Assembly: GCF_963506605.1 (NCBI RefSeq)
Contig: NC_083281.1
Location: 26,784,001 to 26,848,000, forward strand
Source: Zootoca vivipara
Taxonomy: Eukaryota
DNA: 64,000 nt
Reading direction: 5' to 3'
The first letter of the stretch is position 1. Every line of letters begins with the position of its first letter. The notes under the pieces were generated by a model. That model worked only from the letters and a program-made list of their open reading frames with translations, was not told where the DNA came from and did not search any database. A program made the translations under genes and the position numbers. This document shows, in pieces, positions 11,801-22,679 of the stretch.

Positions 11801-14800
11801 AGGTGCGAGTGGGTTTTCTATCTAGGGGCACCTTTGAACAGAATATCCTACTCACCATCTCCGATCTTACTGATTTCCTGGTTTCCAAAGGTCCACCGTA
11901 CAGCCGGTGGCGGGATTCCAGTGGCTTGGCAATCAAAGGCTACACTTGTGCCCTCAACAACTTCTTTTGTAGGCTCCATGGGGGTCACAAACCTTGGTCT
12001 CTCTATGGATAGGAACGTGGGAAGTTGATTTGTACCCAGCCAAGCCATGTAGCTGACTGGCAGTACCTCTCCAGGATTTCTGGCCCCAACTGAAGACGCT
12101 AAGGATTGAACCTGGGACCTTCCAGAGGCAAATCACAACTTGGGGGTAAAAAAATCAGGGTCAGGTGGACTGGACCACTTGGTGACATCATGGTATGATG
12201 AGCTATGTACATGCTGTTCAAACCCATGGGCAGAGGGAGCCTAACCTTACCTTTTGCATTGACCTTATTGCCTGCTGTTTTTAAGGATATGATGGGGGGG
12301 ACAGAGAGTGGTTTAACAGTTAATCTGTCTTCACAAGAAAATCTGGGAACTGTGGCTCGGGGGGGGGGGATGGGACCTCCTAACAGTAGTTTCGTAGCAC
12401 TTTAAACATATGGCGTAAACGTGACCTGTGGTGTGTTAATTTCACCTAACACGCCCAATTTATTGACCAGGACCATTTTCAATATGAGGGATGCATTCCC
12501 TAATGGGCAAGTTTCCATGGTCTACATGGCAAGCGAGGCCAGAGGCAAGAATTGGGGCAAATGTAGATGAGCCAGTCAACCAAGAGACATTATCACATTT
12601 CAGTAAGGAGAGAGCCCCTGAGGTTGCGTGGCCTTGGGGGGTCCCAAGGGCCAGATAGAGAGGCCTGATCCATCCCCTCCTCCCTGGATCTGAGGTTCTC
12701 GATCCCTGTTCAGGCATATTGCAGGAACGCTGATAGAATAATGTCACTTACGAACCACACGGATTCTGATCTGGGTAGCTGCCGTGTCTCCAGATTCAAA
12801 GTCCCCTTTGCAGGTGAAGATCCCTCCTGCCTGTGGATCAGGAAGAGTCATCTCCAGCCCCTTAGACTGCTCATCAATAGGCCGCAATGTGTACAGCTCC
12901 GAATCCTCGATGTCGGCATCCTCTGGGTCAGTCCAGGTCAAGGTAGCTTCCCCACCTGCTCTCACTGACATGCAGAGGAATTAAAATGCACAATTAATAG
13001 ATCGCCCAGATGGGGTGGTAGCAAGGGAGGGAGGGATGATGAGAAACCTGGCCTGATTGATAGGGCTATCCATCAAATCAGGGGTTGCTAAGAGGGTTGC
13101 CAAACCTTCAGGGATGACCTGAAATCTTCATGTTTGCCTGCCTCCACTCTGGGGGCAGGAGGAAGGCTTGTATCTCTAGGCACGTACGACTGCCTTAAAA
13201 GGGTTTAGTTTTTTTTTTAAAAAAAAAGCCCTGTTCAGGGAGGCTTTTAATGTTTAATAGATTATTGTGTTTTATTTTTCTGTTGGAAGCCACCCAGAGT
13301 GGCTGGGGAAACCCAGCCAGATGGGNNNNNNNNNNNNNNNNNNNNNNNNNNNNNNNNNNNNNNNNNNNNNNNNNNNNNNNNNNNNNNNNNNNNNNNNNNN
13401 NNNNNNNNNNNNNNNNNNNNNNNNNNNNNNNNNNNNNNNNNNNNNNNNNNNNNNNNNNNNNNNNNNNNNNNNNNNNNNNNNNNNNNATGATTGCCTAGAT
13501 CTCTGCGAGGGGTTCTGCCCTCCTCCACTCCCTCCCCACTTCTGCCAATTAACCTCCATTTCAACAGCTCAGTGATGGGAGGTAGCACAGAGGAAGAAAA
13601 AGGACTGGGCTGGGCTCAGGATAAAGAGAGGGTTATGAGTTTGCATGCACACCTGGAGCAAGGTGTAGAGCTCTGGATGCGGGTGAAGCAGGTGGAAAGC
13701 AGGAGGAGGAATNNNNNNNNNNNNNNNNNNNNNNNNNNNNNNNNNNNNNNNNNNNNNNNNNNNNNNNNNNNNNNNNNNNNNNNNNNNNNNNNNNNNNNNN
13801 NNNNNNNNNNNNNNNNNNNNNNNNNNNNNNNNNNNNNNNNNNNNNCAACAGTTTCTCTGTTTTGCAAACATGTCCACAGGCCCCCCCAAAGTTGGCAGCC
13901 CTTCCAACAAATGAATGGAGAGTTGTATAAGAGAAAAGTTGTGTACACACATACACACTATCTTAAAAAGTTGGATGAATGGGTGGGTTGTTGTTTTAAA
14001 GAAAGTCCAGATTTTCACCAAAACAGGAGCCACTCTGCTCTAGAAAGGGCAGTGACTATGTAGTTGTCAAACATATCCAATCATCTATTGAGGACCGAAG
14101 CTATGTACAATTAAAGTCTGCACAAATCCCACCAAGGATCCTAGGAAGCAACAGGGATTACCCCTTACAGAGCTACAATTCCCAGCTTCCTTAACAGTTC
14201 CCATTATTCTTTGGGGCGGGTGGGGGGGGGGATATGATTTAAATGCATACATGTGTACACAACTTGAGTGCAGGTGGGGAAGGAAGAGGTTCTGTGAATT
14301 TTAAACAAAAGGAAATGTGCAGATAGAACAGCGAGCGGCTGGGAGCCTGTCCCACCTCCAAGCCCTCTTCCTGTCTCCCCAAAGCCACAAACAATTGGAC
14401 TTTAAAAAACAAACAAACCAGATGCTGTATGGTTATTTAAATATATCAGCAGCAAACATGATTTTAACAGACCACACACACACACCCAGAAGCCGGCTGG
14501 GAGAGAGGCCAAACTGGCAATGCAAGCAACGTCCAGTGTGGAGGGAAGCAGGTGTGTCGTCTGAAGGGCCACGTCAGACCATTGCTCTATTTAGCTCAGT
14601 GCTGCCTACACTGACTGGCAGCCGCTCTCCGGGGACTCAGATGTGAGGTGAGCTTTCCCTGCCCTATCTCGAGATGCTGGGGGTTGAAGCTGCTTGCCGA
14701 AGATGTGCTCTGTCGCTGTGCTATGGACCTTTCCAATAGGAAGCTTCCTTATACCAACTCAGATCATTGGTCTGTCTTGCTCATTACTGTCTATCCCAGG

Positions 14801-15373
14801 GACTGGGAGCCTGAGGTCTTGCAGATGTTGTTGGGCTACAATGCCCATCATCTCTTGACTACTGGCCATGCTGGCTGTGGATCATGGGAATTAGAGTCCA
14901 CAAAAGGAGAACTGGTGCAAGTTCATTTGGCAAAGGCATTGAAGAAGCCACCATGGTGAGTCCCACAGGCCTATAGATTACAGGTGTATACAGAGGCATC
15001 CCTTAGCTTTACGCATGCATAGAATTTAAGGGCTCACCCACACTTCTGTTTTTCCTGCGATTCCTTCCATTTGGCCCATGATTCCTAGGCATGGGTCCAA
15101 GAGGTTTCTTTTTATGGGTCCCGCTGCTTTTCCTGGGAAAACCTGCTGTTTACCGCTGAAATGAAACAAATGCTGATCTTCTGCTGCAAACCCATTTGTT
15201 CTCATTGAGCAGTAAGCAGCCGGTTTTGCCCAGGACAAAAGAAAAAGAACCTCTCCTTCCCTTTCCAACTCTACAATTATGTGATAATCACAGGGCAAAC
15301 AGGACTGTGGATGTGCCCTAAGTCCTGTTCACGGAGGGAAAGTCACCCTGCGCCATCAGGGTGGAAGAAGAGG

Positions 15374-15420
<47 letters not shown>

Positions 15421-17559
15421 TTATTTATACCCCGCCCATCTGGCCGGGTTCCCCCAGCCACTCTGGGCGGCTTCCAACCAAACATTAAAATACAGCAATC
15501 AAACATTAATGTTAAATGTTAAAAATGTTAAAAGGATGCTCATTCTTATCAGGCTTTGTCAAGGTTGAGCTTTTCCTGCACATACGTCCTTGACGCACCT
15601 CCTTAATGCAGGCTGGGTAAGCAGATTCCCCTAACAATATCTTTAGAGTTGGAAGGGAACCCGGGGGTCATCTAGTCCAACCCCTTCAATGCAGGAATCT
15701 TTTGTCCAATGTGTTGGGAATTATAGGGCACAGAACTACCTAAGCTGTACAGAAACTTATTCATGTATGCTACCACAGCGGCAAGAATGTTACTTGCCCA
15801 GAAATGGAGAGAAGCAGAAGTCCCAGCAAAGGCAGAATGGATACAAAACCTTATGGAATATTCAGAAATGGCGAAACTTACCGGAAGATAACAAACTTTT
15901 TATATATATAAAAGAATTGAAATGTTCTATTGAATATTTACAGATTAATTGTAAACAGATAAGAACATGGGCAGGGTTATTGTATTAACCTGCAGTTTTA
16001 TATAAGAGTATATATTTAAAGTAGATAAATAAAAGAGCAAACTAATTTAATTTGAAGAAGATATTAAAAATAAATTTAAGGAACCACAGAAAGAGGGGAA
16101 AGGAAGACAAGTTTTAAAATGTTAAAATGATTGTAAAACTAGTGAAAAGTATAAACCTGAAAAGCATAAATAATTTTTTTTAAAAAAAATGGGGGGACTT
16201 GAACCCATGACCCTGAGGTGAAGAGTCTCATGCTCTTCCGGCTAAGCTATCCTAGACAGTCTGGGTAAGGGGAATCAACCAATTCCCCACTGCTGGTCTC
16301 CATTGACTGGCAGCAGCTCTCTCAGGTTTCAGGCAAGGAAGAGATGCTGGGGTTTTGAACCCAGGGCTTTCTGCATGCAAGCAGGTGCTCTGCCACTCAG
16401 ATCACCCTGCAGGGGCCCGAAATACTGTGCTGTCTCCTGCTTTGATGCATATTCGTGCATACACTCTCCATTATCCGCTTTCACCTTTGCACAAGAAATA
16501 CGTTTTCTCGCCCAGCTGCACATCCCCGTTGCCGGGAATGATCTCCAGAGACGTCTTGGCAGAGTGAACAGCCCCTAGGAAGAGGAAAGAAGAACATTGT
16601 TTGGTCCAATCACAAGGCAAAGTCATTTTTAGCTCAGAGCATCTAGTCAGGGCTGGCCGACCAGCACAAGCAAGCGTTCCAAGCAGCCACAGCCAGTGGC
16701 AATAGTGTTTAGGGCACCACTTAAGCAGCAGATTATTCAAGAGGCATCCCCCTCATGATCCTCGGCAACCTCACCATAATGACAGGGTGTAGCTTTATAA
16801 TTGCAACAACAAAACATGCCCTGGACCACTTTAGAGTCCAGTAAAAGTAAAAATGATGGGTCGGTTATCTACATTTCAGTCGCTACACTGGTGAGTCAGC
16901 TAAATGTAAACACGGGGTAAATAATTCAAAAGGGGGAGAAAGTGTGCTTTCTTTGACCCCACTCACACCATACATTTAAAGCATTATGATACAGCGGTAC
17001 ATCGACTTCCGACCTTCGGAAGTCGAAAAATTCGTAAGTCGAAGCCAATAGGGGGATTTTAAAAATTCCTAAGTCGAAAAAATCCTATCTAAACCGCATC
17101 CAAAATGGCAGATGGAACTCTGTTTGTAACTCGAAACATTCGTAGGTCGAGTCATTCGTAAGTCGAGGTACCACTGTATCACTATAAACATTCCCTCAAA
17201 GAATTCTAGGAGCTGTTGTTTGTTAAGGTGCTGAGTTGTTAGGAAAGGCTAATTCCCCCGCTGGAGCTACATTTCCCAGAGTGCTTTATCATTCCCTCTT
17301 CCCATGGACCTCTGGCCTCTGGGAACTGTAGTTCTGGGGTGTCTCTTAACAACCCTCAACCAAGTATGCTTTCCAGGAATCTGGAGCTGGGGAAAAGCAT
17401 GACCATTATAAGGGACATGATACTGTTTTGATTGTATAGTGCAGTTGGAACCTAAGTCATGTCAATTAATTTCACTGGGTCTACCCTGACTAGGACTAGC
17501 ATTGACTAGAACCCAAAATAGGTGTTGACTCATTCAAAACTATCCTGTTAGGCATTTAG

Positions 17560-17599
<40 letters not shown>

Positions 17600-18071
17600 T
17601 TTGCAGTTAGGAAAACGAAGCAAAACATTTGCTTGCAAGTTTGAGCTAGGACAAATGGCTGTTCAGCTGCCATCTCCAGTTAGCAGGATTGGAGAGCAAG
17701 TAACAGGGGAAAACCTTTTTCTGCCTTAGATGCTGGAGAGTACCTTAGCTGCCAGTCAGAGCAGACATTGCTGGGTTAGATGGACAAACTGGCCTGGTAA
17801 TCAAAACAAAATTAAAAAAAATTCTTTCCAGTAGCACCTTAGAGGCCATCTAAGTTTGTCATTGGTATGAGCTTTCATGTGCATGCACACTTCTTCAGAT
17901 ACACTGAAACAGAAGTCACCAGACCCCTATATATAGTGTAATATTCCTAGATTTTCTAGAGTTAGATTACTTGCAGAAGCCTTCAGTCTATCATGAACTC
18001 ATCCTCTGACTGTACTTACATAGCCCAAATGCCCAGGCAGCCAACGCTATCCCCATGCAAGAAGGAAACAT
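5812..18071 (-). CDS. NCAM-like Ig superfamily type I membrane protein (mini-NCAM), 9 coding exons, about 387 aa: join(18071-18020,16574-16485,12964-12752,12002-11856,11104-10964,10557-10367,9050-8957,7423-7249,5872-5812)
   Basis: All introns are GT-AG. Phases 1,1,1,1,1,0,1,2 join into one open frame of 1164 nt. Segments resemble NCAM1: LEIIPGNGDVQLGEKTYFLCKV (Ig1), GRVSVLANGTLVVKDSQPSDAGVHTCEASIKER (Ig2), FAPRI..IWAYP..YSFE/FTPTSQED..TAAN (Ig5), GTGIIVLIVLIILLVALLVMDVFCYY..GLLMYC..N..GK (TM/juxtamembrane). Confidence 0.9.
6590..6890 (+). mobile_element. BovB (RTE) LINE 3' fragment
   Basis: MRREDSLEKTLMLGK..RRRGRQRMRWLD; (CAA)n tail; flanking AAAAGAC repeat. Confidence 0.9.
7249..7423 (-). 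CDS. NCAM-like transmembrane exon
   Basis: DTQGLGTGIIVLIVLIILLVALLVMDVFCYYKRQRGLLMYCRNNIPGKNSSGAGTENNG; 175 nt, phase 1-2. Confidence 0.9.
8308..8882 (-). mobile_element. Penelope-like element with inverted pseudo-LTR, inserted into a CR1 fragment
   Basis: Inverted arms of about 110 bp (8333-8440 and 8708-8818); minus-strand NRLEREVAGLQFITKLKTMERPGLNRD resembles the GIY-YIG C-terminus; 13-bp TSD ATATCACCTCTCA (8295-8307, 8883-8895). Confidence 0.75.
8957..9050 (-). CDS. NCAM-like exon, C-part of Ig5-like domain (not in ORF track)
   Basis: TTCTAG|FTPTSQEDLSELLITAANDQGSSEKKVTLQE|GTGAGT; 94 nt, phase 0-1; resembles NCAM1 VTPDSENDFGNYNCTAVNRIGQES. Confidence 0.85.
9350..9690 (-). mobile_element. 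GC-rich LTR/DIRS-like repeat fragment
   Basis: Abrupt CpG-rich block in an intron with no NCAM coding similarity. Confidence 0.35.
10367..10557 (-). CDS. NCAM-like exon, N-part of Ig5-like domain
   Basis: FAPRIELL...VQYNFSIWAYPPPSVSVAW...TYSFE; 191 nt, phase 1-0. Confidence 0.85.
10964..11104 (-). CDS. NCAM-like exon, C-half of Ig2
   Basis: GRVSVLANGTLVVKDSQPSDAGVHTCEAS; 141 nt; GTAAGA donor. Confidence 0.9.
11156..11507. mobile_element. Tc1/mariner-type MITE
   Basis: TIRs of about 60 bp (CAGGTGAAACTC..GCAACTT), TA TSD; second copy at 31631-32008. Confidence 0.85.
11856..12002 (-). CDS. NCAM-like exon, N-half of Ig2
   Basis: QRPRFV...EVVEGTSVAFDCQATGIPPPAVRW, I-set motif; 147 nt; GTGAGT donor. 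Confidence 0.9.
12752..12964 (-). CDS. NCAM-like exon, C-half of Ig1
   Basis: VRAGGEATLTWTDP...AGGIFTCKGDFESGDTAATQIRIRVV with Ig Trp and Cys; 213 nt; GTAAGT donor. Confidence 0.9.
13326..13845. other. Two assembly gaps (13326-13486, 13713-13845) in the intron between the Ig1 half-exons
   Basis: N runs. Confidence 1.
15374..15421. repeat. (TAA)n microsatellite (L2 tail)
   Basis: Direct reading. Confidence 0.9.
15715..16185 (+). mobile_element. L1/Tx1 LINE 3' fragment
   Basis: LFMYATTAARMLLAQKW..EW motif; A-rich tail. Confidence 0.7.
16485..16574 (-). CDS. NCAM-like exon, end of signal peptide and N-half of Ig1
   Basis: AVHSAKTSLEIIPGNGDVQLGEKTYFLCK; TAG acceptor, GTGAAA donor; 90 nt, phase 1-1. 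Confidence 0.9.
16991..17177. mobile_element. Tigger/pogo-like MITE
   Basis: TIRs CAGCGGTACATCGACTT / AAGTCGAGGTACCACTG with TA flanks. Confidence 0.7.
17561..17596. repeat. (CAG)n microsatellite, intronic
   Basis: About 12 units. Confidence 0.9.
18020..18071 (-). CDS. NCAM-like exon 1b, signal peptide (MFPSCMGIALAAWAFGL)
   Basis: 52 coding nt; donor GTAAGT at 18019; pyrimidine-rich acceptor CAG ending at 18104. Confidence 0.6.
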
Positions 18072-18429
18072 TGTTGGGCTTAAGAGGACCCCCCAAAGTA
18101 CAACTGGGGCAGGGAGGTTGGAGGGGTAGGAAATATACCATAGATTAGAAGGCGAGAGAAGTCTGATTAGGGCCATGCATGGTCGGTAGCCACAAAGCAC
18201 TGAGGAAAATTGGAGGAAAGATAATGGGAGAAGGGGAGAAGGTACGCCAGACTGGCTGGGACCTTGAAGAGGGGCACTCCACACTGCAATATTTTGTTGC
18301 AAGTCTCACTTGCTCCATTAAAAAAAAAAGTCATAAAGAGGAAGGAACAAAATAGCCAAAGAGCTAATACCAAGGGACTGTGGGGGGTGCAGTCTAGACA
18401 CCCACAAACTCCCTTCATGGAACAGGACC

Positions 18430-18516
<87 letters not shown>

Positions 18517-18518
18517 TC
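18430..18518. repeat. (CTTT)n microsatellite just inside intron 1a
   Basis: About 22 perfect units. Confidence 0.95.
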
Positions 18519-18525
18519 ATCTTAC

Positions 18526-18565
18526 CTGCTGCAAACATGAAAATGAGGAATCTCCCTGGTTCCAT
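18526..18565 (-). CDS. Alternative first coding exon 1a of NCAM-like gene (MEPGRFLIFMFAA, phase 1)
   Basis: ATG at 18565; donor CAG|GTAAGA at 18525; 40 nt; about 80 nt downstream of a TATA box; hydrophobic. Confidence 0.6.
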
Positions 18566-18645
18566 CTTTAAAAGGTGGAGATAGCAATTGGGCTCCTTTG
18601 CCTTTCAGCACCAGCAGTTTGGAACAGGGACTCCTGAGTCCTGGG

Positions 18646-18700
18646 CTATTTATAAGGCTTTCTCGCCCGCCCACCCACCACCCTCCCTCCCCCTCCCACC
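18646..18700 (-). promoter_or_regulatory. Candidate promoter of NCAM-like gene: TATAAATA (also fits MEF2 YTAWWWWTAR) plus upstream GC box and G-rich tract
   Basis: TATAAATA at 18654-18647; GGGCGGGCG at about 18664-18672; correct spacing to exon 1a. Confidence 0.55.
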
Positions 18701-19782
18701 TTTTTCTTTCCTCCTCCCAGCTGTGTGCCCCTGTGGCATCAGTGGGGGGGGGGAGGAAAAGGGTTGGAGCAGGAAGTCAGGGTGGGAGGGGAGACAGAAA
18801 ATAGGAAGATTTGTGTACATGCACGCTTGTGCAGGCATGTGGATATGCATTTCCAAATGTGCATTTGCCTATATTTCAGCAAACTCAGGTGCTCAGCTAC
18901 AATGGCTACCTAGTCAAAACAGTACCATTAAGATGCAGCATGCTCAAGTGGGAGAACTCCAAGATTTGGAGGAGGAAGAGAGGGGGGGGGATTCAAACTA
19001 GAATAACTCAATGAGGATTGAGCATAATCCATTGCCACAGAATGCTGAGTGTTTGCTAGAGGAGGGTGGAATTAGGGGTGGCAGAATGGAATGGGATAAA
19101 CTCAAAAGAAACCTGGCTGTCTGGCCTAGCTGGAACTCTCAACAACAGCACTACGCACTGCAGCATTTTGTTGCACTCCACACTTGTTATTTAGCTAGTT
19201 AAGTGTTACATTTGTTAGTCGCTTTGTAAAAATAAACAGTGCTGGTGCAACTTAATAACAAAATACAGACAGATAAAATCAATTAAAAGCCTATTTAAAA
19301 AAAAAAACACAACCAAATGTACAATACAAATTCATTTAAAAGCTCACTCAATTATTGCAATAGGAAGGACAAGACCTAGTAGGGATATGTTTTTAAATAC
19401 TAATTTTTATTGGATTTTTAAAACATAATTAAGCAAATAAACATACAATATAACAAATATACCAACAAACACATACATAGAAAAACGGGGGGAGAAAAAT
19501 AAACTTTAAACTTTAAAACATCCATTTTAAAAATCATTATTTTATAGACTTCCCCTTCCCCCCTTTCTGATCTTCAATTTATAACCTTCTTTAGCAATAT
19601 CCTTTATCATAATTTTCCAATACTTAACTCAATTTTTATTACATATATTATACTGTCCCCCTCCCCCACCCCCTTCCCAAAGATCCCCCTGCCACCAAGG
19701 AATCCTCAGGTGTAGTAGGACGGAGGAGGAGGCAGTCCTTTTTCTCATTTTCTCTTTTAAAGCCATCCCAATTGGTGCCCGT

Positions 19783-19997
19783 TAGGGTTGCCAGACTCAA
19801 TAGTGGACAGGACTTCTGTGCCTTTAATTGCCCTGCTCTCTTTTGAGTGTGGAAACCTTAAAGAGAAACCAGCAGATCTTTTGTTTAATTTCCAAGCAAA
19901 GGGTCTGCTGGTTTCTCTTTAAGGTTTCCACACTCAAAAGAGAGCAGAGCAATTATAGGCACAGAAGTCCTGTCCTCTATTAAGTCTGGCAACCCTA
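19783..19997. mobile_element. hAT (Tip100-like) palindromic MITE
   Basis: Near-perfect 215-bp palindrome TAGGGTTGCCAGAC...GTCTGGCAACCCTA; 8-bp TSD GTGCCCGT/GTGCCCAT. Confidence 0.85.
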
Positions 19998-21065
19998 GTG
20001 CCCATCACTGCCTCCTGTGGGAGTGAATTCCACAGTTTAACTATGTACTGTGTAATTTTAAAACACTAATTAAACATAAAGTGTTGGTGGGAGAGAGATG
20101 CAGGGTCTCCTTCCCCCTCACCTGGCAGAGGTGTGGGGTTCGATCTCATGGGGCACTGATACTATTGTTTATATAAGAATATAAAGCTTTGGGGGGTGAG
20201 GTAGAGAGGAAATAGATAATTTACAATTACAAAACCCTTGGCCAGGTTCCTATGCAACTGAATAACGCGACAGACTAGTAAATCTAAATATTTCCTTTCC
20301 CCCATTATATATATAGGCACTTAAAACAAGCAACAACAATCTCAGCTGACTTGGGCCAATATCTAATCCTGCAGAACAGCTCATAAAACAAAGGATAGCC
20401 CCTTCCCTTTCCTGGACACAATGAATATATAAAAATACAACCTGACTCTGAGTTGAATGTGGTATTGCAAGTTTATGTTGAATGGGGGAGTTCTTGTTCC
20501 TGCCAGGGGTTTTAAAGTATATTTTACGTTTGTGAAATGTGCCTTTTTGAGTGATTTTTCCTGCATTGCTTCAGGGATCAAAGGGACCCCTTTGGCTCAT
20601 TTGCAAAGTAGGGGAACTTTTGTTCACACCAAAAATTAAACCCATGCTGTGATTAGCACACCAAAATTAACCCCATGCTGTGATTAGGCAGGCGAAGGCT
20701 TCCTTCAAACCTGATTCCAATGTTTGAGATTTCGTTTATTGGTTTATTTAAATTTATTTAACACTTAACTGTTTGTTTTTTTAAAAAAAACATCTCGAAG
20801 TAATTTACAAAAAAAAAGAATAGGAAAATGCAAGTATCAGTAAAAACAGTCCAAAACAGCTATTGAAAACATTATTTTAAAAAATGGAATCAACTATCAT
20901 CTAAAACCAAATTAAAAGACATCAGCATTCTTGCATTGAAGGGAGCTGAACCAGATGACCCTTGGGATTCCTTCCAACTCTACAATTCAATGATTCTATT
21001 AAAATTCTACATACCCAGGTAGGCTAAACAAAAATGTTGACTCCCCCACTCACAAGACCCTAGAC

Positions 21066-21201
21066 CAAGCATCCCCAAACTTCAGCCCTCCAGATGTTTT
21101 GAACTACAATTCCCATCATCCCTGACCACTGGTCCTATTAACTAGGGATCATGGGAGTTGTAGGCTAAAACATCTGGAGGGCCGCAATTTGGGGATGCCT
21201 G
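21066..21201. mobile_element. hAT MITE
   Basis: TIRs CAAGCATCCCCAAAC / TTTGGGGATGCCTG; perfect 8-bp TSD CCCTAGAC. Confidence 0.85.
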
Positions 21202-21235
21202 CCCTAGACCACTATGCCACTGTCCCTCACAGTCA

Positions 21236-21935
21236 GAAATCCTGGAGAGGTACTGCCAGTCAGCTACATGGCTTGGCTCAGTACAAATCAACTTCCCATG
21301 TTCCTATCCATAGAGAGACCGAAGTTTGTGACCCCCCATGGAGCCTACAAAGGAAGTTGTTGAGGGCACAAGTGTAGTTGATTGTCAAGCCACTGGAATG
21401 TCGCCACCGACTATACGGTGGACCTTTGGAAACCAGGAAATCAGTAAGATCAGAGATGGTGAGTAGGATATTCTGTTCAAAGGTGCCCCTAGATAGAAAA
21501 CCCACTCGCACCTCTGCTAATTTGCTTCTCCTGTACTATTAGAGGACAAGGGATTAATACAACATCTCTTGACCGCTGCCAAAATTATTAGACAAAACTT
21601 GGGGGGGGTGGAGAATGGATGACTAAAATCTTGACCGTTGTATGCAGGGTTAAGCTCATACATATGGTTAGAACCAGAGATTGGATAGACAATGTCTTTA
21701 TGGAGAAATGAAGTCTAATTTATTTTGAAGCAATAAGGTACTAATTTATTTTGAAGCAATAAGATAATGCAAACCCATTTGTGTGACTCGGAAATGTGTT
21801 ATATTGATCTGTCATTGGTTATTTGTTATTGGCTGATCTTGATTTATGTGCAGGTATTTGTCTTGCTCAATGTTCAGTTCTCGATACCCCTTTTGCTTTT
21901 GGCATTTGTTATGATATTTTGCTAGTATATACCTG
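21236..21935 (+). pseudogene. Inverted partial duplication of the NCAM-like Ig2a exon with flanking introns (pseudoexon about 21313-21458)
   Basis: Reverse complement of about 11515-12081. The copy has a +1 C in the C-run and a 3-nt deletion; splice sites are retained. Confidence 0.9.
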
Positions 21936-22679
21936 AGCTGGTCACTGACCATAATAAATTATGATGATGATGATGATGATGATGATGATACCTGCAAAAC
22001 ATATATCCCACTGCTGATTTGCTTCTCTTCTCTGGGCTGCAGGATGAGTCTCTGTGCTTGCAATCTACAGTCCTGTTCTCTGCCTCCATCCATCATTATG
22101 ATGGACATTTTGCTTATAATGTTTACAAGAGACAGCTCCTTATCTCCACAAGGATCCACCATCTCAGGAAAGCAGGGGAACTTGGGGACATGAAGGGGAG
22201 GAGAGCAGGAAAGACAGGGTCTGGTGATTGAGTTTCTTTTCAGAAAAGCTATTCGCTTCTTCCCCAGCCGCTGCCCATCCCAGCCCTTGCCACCACTCCT
22301 CTTCCTTCGAGACAGTGCCCCACCTAGTCAGCCTGTGGTGGCAAGTACATGATGGAAGAACTTATGGGAAAGGTCAGCATGGCGTCATGTGGAACAATGC
22401 CATTGTTAAGGGTGGCCCAGGTGGCCAAGCGCTGGGGCGTCGGCCCAGGTCCCCCTGCCTCTCCCCCGCTTTTAAACTTAAAGTTTTAATTTGGTAAAAA
22501 CGAGAAGACTGTACCTATACTTTGAACATGCTGTAAAATGCAATGCTGATGGGACATGCAGGCACCCAGACAGCTGCAATCTTAATTTGCTTAGACACCT
22601 AGCCTAGAAAGCACTAACTAGGCTTTGGGAAGGAGCCCTCATGCCTCTCTCCCAACATTGCTGACCCCCACCCTACCCC

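Noticed and set aside
13250-14063. ORFs spanning N runs; possible hiding place for missing NCAM exons
   Set aside because: The ORFs are gap artefacts. The gaps lie between the Ig1 half-exons, which already join in frame.
16185-16260. tRNA-like sequences here and at SINE heads
   Set aside because: Degenerate tRNA-derived SINE heads with no intact cloverleaf
20625-20687. Direct duplication of about 31 bp (CACACCAAAATTAACCCCATGCTGTGATTAG)
   Set aside because: Simple local tandem duplication with no functional cue
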